Source: a virus
Direction: 5' to 3' (one strand)
Virus record (IMG/VR): IMGVR_UViG_3300028453_000006
Length of the DNA stretch: 39,236 nucleotides
The notes beneath the pieces were generated by a model. That model was not told the origin of the DNA and made no database searches. It saw nothing but the letters and a program-made list of their open reading frames with translations. Position numbers and translations under genes: made by a program. Of this stretch, positions 31,791-39,236 are shown piece by piece. Each line of letters begins with the position of its first letter. Position 1 is the first letter of the stretch.

Positions 31791-32113
31791 TTGTTTTCTC
31801 CCTTCCAAGCGTCATTCATTTCTTTTACTGCTGCCTCGATAAACATTTCCAGCTGACTATCTGTTAAATAAATATTGTGAGCCTCTAGACTCTTTCTTGC
31901 CTTAGTTTTCGCCTCGCTAAGTTTTTGATAGCCTTTAGTGTCCTCTTCAGCAATCTGCTCAACTGCGTTAACAGCGTTCTTTGCGATGATTTCAACGATT
32001 TTGAGCGCTTTCTCACCGCCTTCTTTGTAAAGATAGTCTTTTACGGTTTTAACGATAAAACCAGCTAAACCTGTCAAAATAAGCATAGCTGCTTGTACAA
32101 TCACATCATTCAT
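31787..32113 (-). CDS. Holin (LL-H family-like)
   Basis: ATG at 32113 after GGGAG. Has an N-terminal TM segment VIVQAAMLILTGLAGFIV and lies directly upstream of the lysin. Confidence 0.7.
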   Translation of the reverse strand: MNDVIVQAAMLILTGLAGFIVKTVKDYLYKEGGEKALKIVEIIAKNAVNAVEQIAEEDTKGYQKLSEAKTKARKSLEAHNIYLTDSQLEMFIEAAVKEMNDAWKGENK

Positions 32114-32157
32114 GTTCTTCTCCCTTCTGCGCACTACTGCGCATTGCTGCGCGTGGT

Positions 32158-32490
32158 CTAAAACATCTGCGTTTTCCTGACCACGTCTTCCAGACCGTCC
32201 ACCTTGTCTTGTAGGACCGATATGTCCTTACGAGTTTCCAGCGATAGACTATTGACTGCCTCGGTCAATCTAGCCATTTGTTGCTGGTTCTCCGTCGCTA
32301 TACGGTTGTTAGACGCTAGTAGCTCTTTGTTAGTTTCTTGGAAACCAGTGACTAATTTTTTTGTGACCCATAGCATACCGCTGATTAAAATCAAAATGAC
32401 AACAATAATTGCCGTTGCTAGGATTCCGCCAACTTTATCAATAGTCCAAGTCGCTTGCATTGCTTCGTGTATTACATCTTGACCCACCAT
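32158..32490 (-). CDS. Membrane protein (single TM plus coiled coil), possible second holin or lysis regulator
   Basis: ORF track. TM segment GGILATAIIVVILILISGMLWV. Confidence 0.6.
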   Translation of the reverse strand: MVGQDVIHEAMQATWTIDKVGGILATAIIVVILILISGMLWVTKKLVTGFQETNKELLASNNRIATENQQQMARLTEAVNSLSLETRKDISVLQDKVDGLEDVVRKTQMF

Positions 32491-32512
32491 AGACCCACGC
32501 TATCTAAGCTGA

Positions 32513-32656
32513 TTATTCAGCGGTTTCTTCGTCTTCTTGCAAGCCTGCATGAGACAAGTCTACAAGTTCTTGCACTTGTTTACGGAAACGTTTTGGCACG
32601 GTCTCAATAGTAATCCAGCCTAATTCGATTTGCATCGCGAAATAATTAATCATCAT
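32513..32656 (-). CDS. XkdX-like small protein (47 aa)
   Basis: Start moved to the ATG at 32656 after AGGAGG (MMINYFAMQIELGWITIETVPKRF...). Confidence 0.55.
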   Translation of the reverse strand: MMINYFAMQIELGWITIETVPKRFRKQVQELVDLSHAGLQEDEETAE

Positions 32657-32681
32657 TGTTCTTCCTCCTAAAATAATCTTT

Positions 32682-33065
32682 TTAATTTTCTGTATTAGTT
32701 TCATCTGCTGCTTCCTCATCAGCATACATTTGATTGATTAAACCATTCAAAGTAGCTGTTGCTAGCTTTGTCATCTTTTCCGAGTCATCAATGGCTTTTT
32801 GCATTTTTTCAATCATCTCATCATACTTAGTGATTTTCTCGCCAATTTCATTAAATTTCTCGTTTTCAGCACGTTGTGGGAAATTCTCCTGATAGACGAC
32901 TTCCAGTGCTAACTTTTCAAGTTCTGCGTTTGAAAGCTCGATTTTGTCAGCTGGGAGCATGACGGGAAGAAATCCACCGTCATCGTTGGTCAAGGTTACT
33001 TTCGTACCTTTAACCGTGCCGTCTGTTTCAAATTCTTGCGACTTCGAACTAAATTTTAGTTTCAT
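32682..33065 (-). CDS. DUF1366-like streptococcal phage protein
   Basis: ORF track. A 127-aa protein at the conserved position between the fibre genes and the holins. The family is recalled. Confidence 0.6.
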   Translation of the reverse strand: MKLKFSSKSQEFETDGTVKGTKVTLTNDDGGFLPVMLPADKIELSNAELEKLALEVVYQENFPQRAENEKFNEIGEKITKYDEMIEKMQKAIDDSEKMTKLATATLNGLINQMYADEEAADETNTEN

Positions 33066-33077
33066 ATTTTCTCCTTT

Positions 33078-35159
33078 CTATTCGCTCGGAAATGGGTCTG
33101 TGGTAATCCATGAGATTGTAGCACCAAACCAAAGCGGATTAGCTTCCAGCTTAATACGACCGCTGATAGAGCCGTCGGGCTTGTACGACAAGTGAACATA
33201 GCTACCGTTAAATAGTGACGCACCAGTTCCACCACCACCTTCACCTATTGCATTAATAATTGCTTGACTTACAGGTCTCCAGCCGACTGGTATGGTTTCG
33301 TTAGCGGTACCGCTCCAGTTCGTGTTTGAGCGGTGAATATAATCCATAGTGGCGGTTACGACATTTCCTGAGCGAGTTACAGCTATCCCAAAACCGTACG
33401 GACCTGCTAAAGTGGTTTTATACACTTTCGTCTGATTGACTGCCGTAAATTCAGCGACTGTGTTTTGAATTGCATAGTATTGCCAAGATTGCCAACCTGC
33501 GTCGGTTTTAACTCGATAAGCAGCTGCGTGACCTCGATAATCGACTGCTTCCTGCCAGAACCAGCGGTCATTGTCTGGGTGTTTGGTCACACGAAGGTAA
33601 GTCCAGCCTGATGTTGAGCCTAAAATCGGTCTATTCGCTGCATTGTAACAGCGGTAAAAACCAGCTGTAGTAATTGAATTGTAATCCGTACCATCAGCTA
33701 ACAAAATAGCTGTACCGTCATTATTAGTTAGCTGATGGTGCTGAATAGGCTTGTTGTTTGCGTAAATCTCACCAGCGACATCAAGAGCACCATGCTCACG
33801 AATTTTACCAACGCCGATGCCGTCTTTAGTCTTGCTAACCAGCACTTTATCCGTTGATACAGGATAAGAATAGCTAGCCTTGTCAAACAAGTCTTCAACC
33901 GTCATCATGACTTCCCATGACTGTGCTCCTGCGAACGTACCCGCTAAATTAGCAGCACTTGCTGTTAACTCGCTTTGAGTTGTCCAAACACCAGACGCCG
34001 AACCGTTGTTAGTTGTCCACTCAGTAGCGCCCATTGGTCTTGTTTTAAAGGTGATGGTCATCTTGTTAAGCTGCTTGTCACCGACTGTTAAAGGTGATAT
34101 TTTAGCCGTCCTAATGACTGTCAGTGTATTTCTTGCCGAACCCGAACGCTCAGCAGTAAACACTGCTGTCGGTCCAGTGTATTCAAGAAAAGTGACTTTT
34201 GTGTCTTTACTATCCGACCAGCGCCCTCGACTGTCTTGAACGCTCGACCTGATAGTCACTTCACCCGATTTCTTGGCTAGCCCAAAGACACCACCGTCAG
34301 CCGTAATAGTCTGATTCTCGCCAACCATTTCGGCTTTATAGCCTGTAATGGTAGAGCCTTGGATACCAGCAGCGCCATTGAAAGCTACCTTAACGTTAGA
34401 CAAAATTTCCACAAACGTGTTAGCTGTCGTAACAATATTAGATACTACTGTATTAGTATCAGACAAGGTCACACCACTGAACGTTGGTTTCATGCTTTCG
34501 GGTACGTTAAGAGTCAGCTTACACATAGCCGAACCAATCTTAGTAGACCCGTTATAAGTATCGACTGTAATATTCCCCCAGTCGCTTGTCTTTTTAGGCA
34601 TAGCGGTCGCAAGATTAAGCGGCGGTGTCCAGCTAACAGACGTTCCGACACCAGTCGCAATAGTCCCAGATAAAGCGCCAAAATTGTATTTAACAGTGTG
34701 TGTGAAACTGCTGTTCTTGCGATTGATATTAATAGTCATCGCGCTTCCAAGCGTTCCCGTCATATCACTGATTGAGCTTGCTCGGGCTATATCTGTACAT
34801 CTAAATGTACTTGACCCGACCGTCAACGTCCCTGGTGAATATCCACCAGAACCGTTAAAATGTGCCATCAAGCCAAATGTCTTCTTACCGTCACTGTCGT
34901 GATTGACTCGTATTGTTTGGTCAATCAGCATAATGGTTTGATTGTAAGATAGCATTGACGGACGACCCGACCAGTTTAATCGTTGACCTGCTAGGTCCAC
35001 ATAAGCACTACAGTTATATTCTGCGAACGTTGTTGTCGTATTCAGCAATGCTAAGCGAACACGAATATTTGAGTAGTTTTCAGCTGTACTCTGCCCTGTC
35101 TGGTCAATCCATAATCTTAAACGATAGCCTCGGTCATTATTTGACCAATATTCAGTCAT
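33078..35159 (-). CDS. Tail fibre/receptor-binding protein (DUF859-like N-terminus, pyocin-knob-like domain near the C-terminus)
   Basis: ORF track. N-terminus YWSNNDRGYRLRLWIDQTGQSTAENYSNIRVRLAL. The C-terminal region has DYNSITTAGFYRCYNAANRP...WTYLRV. Confidence 0.7.
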   Translation of the reverse strand: MTEYWSNNDRGYRLRLWIDQTGQSTAENYSNIRVRLALLNTTTTFAEYNCSAYVDLAGQRLNWSGRPSMLSYNQTIMLIDQTIRVNHDSDGKKTFGLMAHFNGSGGYSPGTLTVGSSTFRCTDIARASSISDMTGTLGSAMTININRKNSSFTHTVKYNFGALSGTIATGVGTSVSWTPPLNLATAMPKKTSDWGNITVDTYNGSTKIGSAMCKLTLNVPESMKPTFSGVTLSDTNTVVSNIVTTANTFVEILSNVKVAFNGAAGIQGSTITGYKAEMVGENQTITADGGVFGLAKKSGEVTIRSSVQDSRGRWSDSKDTKVTFLEYTGPTAVFTAERSGSARNTLTVIRTAKISPLTVGDKQLNKMTITFKTRPMGATEWTTNNGSASGVWTTQSELTASAANLAGTFAGAQSWEVMMTVEDLFDKASYSYPVSTDKVLVSKTKDGIGVGKIREHGALDVAGEIYANNKPIQHHQLTNNDGTAILLADGTDYNSITTAGFYRCYNAANRPILGSTSGWTYLRVTKHPDNDRWFWQEAVDYRGHAAAYRVKTDAGWQSWQYYAIQNTVAEFTAVNQTKVYKTTLAGPYGFGIAVTRSGNVVTATMDYIHRSNTNWSGTANETIPVGWRPVSQAIINAIGEGGGGTGASLFNGSYVHLSYKPDGSISGRIKLEANPLWFGATISWITTDPFPSE

Positions 35160-35175
35160 TAAAACTCCTTTCTAG

Positions 35176-37395
35176 CTAGTCAACCCAGCGAATTACATTT
35201 ATATTTTTATCTCCTTCATACACTTCTTCGCGATAGTGCCCAATTTGCAAGCTTTTGGCAAAGATACCGTTATCAATAGTTAACGTACCGTTTGACATGC
35301 TAGCTACTTCCGAACCACCAGAGAAGAAAGAAATACGGTCATTTGAAATCATGATTGACGTTGGGCTGCCTTTCTTACCAAGCCTTAGCCCTTCTTCGCC
35401 AAAATCCATATTTGTATCAAGGAAAGACCATTGAACCTTTTTGTCTTCCCAGTCCTTGACCCATTCAGCCAACCGTGTAGAGAGTGTGACAAGGTTTTGC
35501 TCGTGATTGCTCTTGTCTCTGTCATTTTGAGCGACATAAGCGTCATAAGCTTGTTTCCATTGCTCGATGGTTTCAAGACTTGCTTTCGCTGCAAGTTCTG
35601 CTTCCATGTTGCGATTCTTTTCCGCTAACGCATTAAGCTGTTGCTGTGTGAGTGCTTGGTCTGCTTTGCTGTCAATGTCTGATTGAACGTCTTCGGGGTT
35701 GCGTGTGTAAGGTGTTGGAACGTTGCCGTTCTCTAGCTTGTAACCAGCAACCCAAAACTCTTCTTCAGCAGTACTACTTAAGTGTCTGAGAAGAAAATGT
35801 TTAGCTACAGTCGTATCGGTTGTTGGAAAACTAGATTTTAACTTATACGTAACCCAATAACGTTTCCATTCTGTCGTTACAGTGAAATCAATAGAGCCAT
35901 CACCTGCTGATGTAGTCACGTTTTGAGATGTGATACCGCTTAACACAGGTAAATAGTTTGGGTCACCATAAAAATAAGCTCTGATTTTACCATTCCCTTT
36001 AGCCCAAAAGCTAGCTGTATACACACTATTCACTTCAGGTACTACGCATTTGCTAAACTGAGCAATTTCGCCCCAAGCCGAGGTTTTTAAATACCTAACA
36101 GCACAACCGTTGTAAGTTTCAGTTAATAATTTAGCTGAACCACTAATATTCGAGCCCGTGAAAGATTTCGAATTACGTAGCAAGTTCACCCCGCCAACTT
36201 TCACGTTAGCCAATCTATCCACCCAAACATACTTGGTTGGGTCTGTACTGCTTGTTTGCGTGAAATCAGTGTAATATCCTTGATACTGTTGACCAGATTC
36301 CGTGAAACTAAAACCAGTTCTACCATCTGCTGAATCTGCGTAAGCCATGTGAAAATAAGACGTTTTACCGTCAGCACCCGGTTTCCCTGGCAAGCCTTGG
36401 TCGCCTTTCCACTTACCCCATCTATACTTGGTCGGGTCTGTACTTGCTGCCTCGTTAAAATCAGCGTACCAACCCATGTAAGCTTTAGGCGTAGTCAAGC
36501 TAAAACCACCACCCGTTGCATTATCGGCGTAGGCAATATGCGTGTACTGTGTCTTACCGTCAGCGCCCTTTGGTCCTTGTATTCCTTGGTCGCCTTTAGG
36601 TCCCTGAATACCTTGAATACCTTGCGGACCTCTGTCACCAGTAGCGCCTTTATCACCTTTCGGACCTTGTGGTCCAGTTGCTCCTGTAGCCCCTTTGTCT
36701 CCCTTGGGTCCTTGCGCTCCAGTTGCCCCAGTAGCACCCTTGTCACCTTTATCACCTTTTTCGCCTTTTGCGCCTGTATCACCTTTAGCACCAACTCCAC
36801 TGTATTCCCAGACAGTACTGCTTGTTCCGTCTGTGTAATACGTGATAGTTCGTTTCCAGATGTACGTGCCATCTGGTGCAGCCATTGGACTTGTTAAAGC
36901 ACCAAAATTATTTTGGTCAGTGACAAGTGGTTGACCATTTTCGTCAAAAACCTGTCCATCATATATACGCCAAGCCGTTGAATAACCACCGCCTGCAGTT
37001 TGTTCAAGCTGAATATATATTTTCGCTTTGGTTTTACCGCTTGCTACAACAAGCTTCCGCTCGTATATACCTAGACCGTCCTCACTAGTTTCACCGACCA
37101 AAGTAAAAGGTGCGTATGAGTCATATGCGTGTCCTGACGTCATAGCTGTATACCAGATTCCACCTGCAAGACGAATTGAACCCTTTGTCTGTTTGGCAAT
37201 CACACGCACCGTGTACGTCTTACCGCTGGTTACGTTAAATTCATTTGCCCAAGAGTGGTCACGACCACCGCAATCATAAACCCCTAGCGGGTGTTTAGTT
37301 GCGGATAAGCCGTGCCAAAACGTTACCTCAGTTCGCTCAATCGCCCTTTCCTTTAGATTTGTCAGTGTTGTCTGATTTACCGCTATCAGCTTCAT
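35176..37395 (-). CDS. Tail fibre with collagen-like triple-helix repeats
   Basis: ORF track. 26 uninterrupted G-X-Y triplets (aa 202-280) plus a short second stretch (aa 331-343). Two ~55-aa Y.H.AYAD...DPTKY.W repeats. Confidence 0.85.
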   Translation of the reverse strand: MKLIAVNQTTLTNLKERAIERTEVTFWHGLSATKHPLGVYDCGGRDHSWANEFNVTSGKTYTVRVIAKQTKGSIRLAGGIWYTAMTSGHAYDSYAPFTLVGETSEDGLGIYERKLVVASGKTKAKIYIQLEQTAGGGYSTAWRIYDGQVFDENGQPLVTDQNNFGALTSPMAAPDGTYIWKRTITYYTDGTSSTVWEYSGVGAKGDTGAKGEKGDKGDKGATGATGAQGPKGDKGATGATGPQGPKGDKGATGDRGPQGIQGIQGPKGDQGIQGPKGADGKTQYTHIAYADNATGGGFSLTTPKAYMGWYADFNEAASTDPTKYRWGKWKGDQGLPGKPGADGKTSYFHMAYADSADGRTGFSFTESGQQYQGYYTDFTQTSSTDPTKYVWVDRLANVKVGGVNLLRNSKSFTGSNISGSAKLLTETYNGCAVRYLKTSAWGEIAQFSKCVVPEVNSVYTASFWAKGNGKIRAYFYGDPNYLPVLSGITSQNVTTSAGDGSIDFTVTTEWKRYWVTYKLKSSFPTTDTTVAKHFLLRHLSSTAEEEFWVAGYKLENGNVPTPYTRNPEDVQSDIDSKADQALTQQQLNALAEKNRNMEAELAAKASLETIEQWKQAYDAYVAQNDRDKSNHEQNLVTLSTRLAEWVKDWEDKKVQWSFLDTNMDFGEEGLRLGKKGSPTSIMISNDRISFFSGGSEVASMSNGTLTIDNGIFAKSLQIGHYREEVYEGDKNINVIRWVD
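36556..36792 (-). repeat. Collagen-like (G-X-Y)26 coding repeat
   Basis: GAKGDTGAKGEKGDKGDKGATGATGAQGPKGDKGATGATGPQGPKGDKGATGDRGPQGIQGIQGPKGDQGIQGPKGADG. Confidence 0.9.
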
Positions 37396-37537
37396 CTTCT
37401 ACCTCTTCTAATTTCCAAATTTGAGTCAGAAAGCCAAACTGCTTAGAAAGTAGAAATTCGATTGCTTCTTCTTTCGTTTTAACATCGACATGAACAACTT
37501 CAAGCTTTCCGCCCAATTCAATTTCAGCTCTAATCAT
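37337..37537 (-). CDS. Hypothetical small protein (66 aa)
   Basis: ATG at 37537 after GGAGG. Its last 59 nt overlap the start of the fibre gene. Confidence 0.5.
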   Translation of the reverse strand: MIRAEIELGGKLEVVHVDVKTKEEAIEFLLSKQFGFLTQIWKLEEVEDEADSGKSDNTDKSKGKGD

Positions 37538-37552
37538 GTGTCGCACCTCCTT

Positions 37553-38677
37553 TTACTCAAATACTTCGCAGAAAAATGTAGCTTTATCGCTTACATTACC
37601 TGCTGAGACTGTAATGGATTTACCAACTTTATACTGGTTACCAGTTCCGCCAAAATTAGCATCCAAAGTTCCGTTTTTATCACGTCTGGACCATTTGTAA
37701 GTGTAAGCCTTGCTAGTACCGTCTGCATCCAACTCTTCACCCTTACGATAAAGACGTGCTTTTAATGTTGTTGAACCAGATGAGTTTTTGAATGTACTAC
37801 CTGCTGTTGACTCAATAACTACTACAATTGGGTCTGAAAAGTCAAGAATTGTCGCAACACCAATAGCTTTTTGACCATTAGTACCACCAACTTTGTCGAT
37901 GCAGACAACCTTAAATGTTTGCGAGTTTGTAACTTTATCAGGTGTTACTGTGAGGATACCTTGAGCAGTTGTATTTGCAGACGGCTCTACATTTGGCGTT
38001 TGACCAGTTGTTGTACTAGAACACAAGTGCCATCCAAGTCCACCATCTGCGTCATAACCCGTTGAATTTGTAGCTGAAACTGAACTGTCAAAGTAGAAGA
38101 ATTTGAACTGTTTGTTTCCGCCTGAAAGGTTGTTACCTTTGTACAAATCAGCATTGACAGTTAGACTGCCTGGTTGGTTATTGTAGAATGTATTACCTTT
38201 ACCTGTATATACGTTCAAAACAAGTGATTGTTTACCGAGTTGTACTGCTAGCAAATCAATGCTTGCTCGGAAATCGACTTTAAGACCAGTTACTGGGTCA
38301 GTCCATGTACCAACTGCTTCATAACGTTTAGCTCCAGCGTTTGCTGGCACGTTGACCTTAGTATGCAAAGCTTCGTTGTGTGAGCCAGTTAAATACTGAT
38401 TATCTTTATCAGACGTGCTTGTAATAGCTGTTTTAGTTGAGCCGTTATATTCGTACCAAGACACTTTACCAACTTGCCCAATAATTGAAGCTGTTTGACC
38501 TGCCTTAGTTAAGTTAAGGGTCAATACTTGCGGATTTCCTGCATATGATGGATTGTAGCCATTTGTTGTTTGGTCAAACACTTGTGTAGTCGTTTGACTA
38601 GCTGTGATAAAAGCGCTCAGTACGGGCGCATCTGATAAGTCTGTGATTGTAATTTGTCCACTTGAAATAATACCCAT
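37553..38677 (-). CDS. Tail/baseplate structural protein with a C-terminal Ig-like module
   Basis: ORF track. RBS AAGGAG. Its C-terminal module is homologous to the two modules at the Tal C-terminus. Confidence 0.75.
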   Translation of the reverse strand: MGIISSGQITITDLSDAPVLSAFITASQTTTQVFDQTTNGYNPSYAGNPQVLTLNLTKAGQTASIIGQVGKVSWYEYNGSTKTAITSTSDKDNQYLTGSHNEALHTKVNVPANAGAKRYEAVGTWTDPVTGLKVDFRASIDLLAVQLGKQSLVLNVYTGKGNTFYNNQPGSLTVNADLYKGNNLSGGNKQFKFFYFDSSVSATNSTGYDADGGLGWHLCSSTTTGQTPNVEPSANTTAQGILTVTPDKVTNSQTFKVVCIDKVGGTNGQKAIGVATILDFSDPIVVVIESTAGSTFKNSSGSTTLKARLYRKGEELDADGTSKAYTYKWSRRDKNGTLDANFGGTGNQYKVGKSITVSAGNVSDKATFFCEVFE

Positions 38678-38694
38678 TTTCTTTTTCTCCTTTT

Positions 38695-39236
38695 TTAACC
38701 TAAGGGCTCAACATTACATTCAAATTGAGCTCTTCTAAATACATCCTTTTGTGTGATTTCGATTGCTTTCTGCGAATAGCTATGGTCTTGATTCCAGATT
38801 TCATCAGGATTACCTTCATCATCTGTCTTTGTCCAGATATAGCTATAATCTTTACCTTCTTTATCAATCTCTTTCCCGCCACGCCAGAGCGTAGCAGTCA
38901 GTTTTGTATTGATAAGATTGTTTTTAAAAATGTTTCCGCTCGATGTCTTGATAATTAGATTTGTTGGCTCAACGAGGTTTGCCAACGTGATTTCCGTCGT
39001 GGCTACTTCCGTATTTCCGACGTAACCAGCGACGGTTAGCACCGCTGTCTCGTCTATGTCTTTTGCTTTAACTAAGTACTGCATTCCGACTGTGACCACA
39101 CCGTCAAGCGCCCAGCGCCAAGAAACGTCCTGATTGACAACTTTGCCACCTTTCCATAATGTGGCTTTTACTAGACTTTCGCCCTCGTTATTTTTAAACA
39201 TCGTTCCATTATCCGTCGAAATGCGAATATTGTACG
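38695..39236 (-). CDS. 3' part of the Tal gene (continues from 1337-1 across the circular junction; 39110-39236 duplicates 1-127)
   Basis: In frame with the minus-strand ORF that starts at 1337. The track ORF 38695-39201 begins at an internal Met. Confidence 0.85.
   Translation of the reverse strand, partial: YNIRISTDNGTMFKNNEGESLVKATLWKGGKVVNQDVSWRWALDGVVTVGMQYLVKAKDIDETAVLTVAGYVGNTEVATTEITLANLVEPTNLIIKTSSGNIFKNNLINTKLTATLWRGGKEIDKEGKDYSYIWTKTDDEGNPDEIWNQDHSYSQKAIEITQKDVFRRAQFECNVEPLG
39110..39236. repeat. Second copy of the 127-bp terminal self-overlap
   Basis: Identical to bases 1-127. Confidence 0.95.

Noticed and set aside
36349-36897. A 182-aa plus-strand ORF and a 125-aa minus-strand alternative-frame ORF
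   Set aside because: Both are artefacts of the repetitive collagen-like G-X-Y coding DNA inside the tail fibre gene.
8537-38882. Nested same-strand alternative-frame ORFs (8537-8725, 9871-10053, 14450-14659, 14873-15115, 22807-22995, 30962-31210, 33062-33244, 35385-35594, 38700-38882)
   Set aside because: Each lies inside or across a longer ORF with recognisable function and better start signals.
1-39236. Search by eye for tRNA, tmRNA, rRNA, IS elements, reverse transcriptase/DGR and CRISPR arrays
   Set aside because: I saw no cloverleaf-like GC-rich 70-90-nt islands in the intergenic regions, no transposase or RT ORFs and no repeat-spacer arrays. tRNAscan or Infernal should confirm this.

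Overview
This window is a complete, circularly closed temperate siphovirus genome of about 39.1 kb. Gene content suggests a Streptococcus-type phage with SPP1/Sfi11-like pac morphogenesis, but the host is an inference. Bases 1-127 are identical to 39110-39236, so the contig overlaps itself and the tail-tip (Tal) gene wraps across the ends. Almost all genes lie on the minus strand and run from high to low coordinates. The order is cro; replication and recombination (winged-helix initiator-like gene, iteron origin, DnaD-like, ERF, DUF1351-like, SSB); small early genes (Bro-N antirepressor, RusA-like resolvase); a late activator; TerS, TerL, portal, MuF, scaffold, capsid, connectors and tail; TMP, Dit, Tal and fibres; then holins and lysin. 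The plus strand carries the lysogeny module: an S24 cI-like repressor, an unknown 246-aa ORF, an Ltp-like exclusion protein and a large serine integrase. No tRNA, rRNA, CRISPR array or IS element was recognised. The best candidate for something new is an autonomous operon between the lysin and the integrase (30037-30800). It has a near-consensus promoter with a palindrome in the spacer. Its leader is long, with a 148-nt multi-hairpin element, signals for an antisense sRNA and two sORFs. It ends in a 128-aa protein whose HTH resembles the AcrIIA1 N-terminal domain, fused to an unrecognised, strongly acidic C-terminal domain. I read this as a candidate acr-aca-like anti-defence locus. Other notable points:
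- a MuF head protein with a toxin-like C-terminal domain, a small downstream gene and an internal terminator
- an interrupted reading frame at the 5' end of the initiator-like gene
- four operator-like dyads, one of them distal
- two candidate attP regions that share motifs on both sides of int
All functional calls rest on reading the translations and on remembered family signatures. No searches were run.
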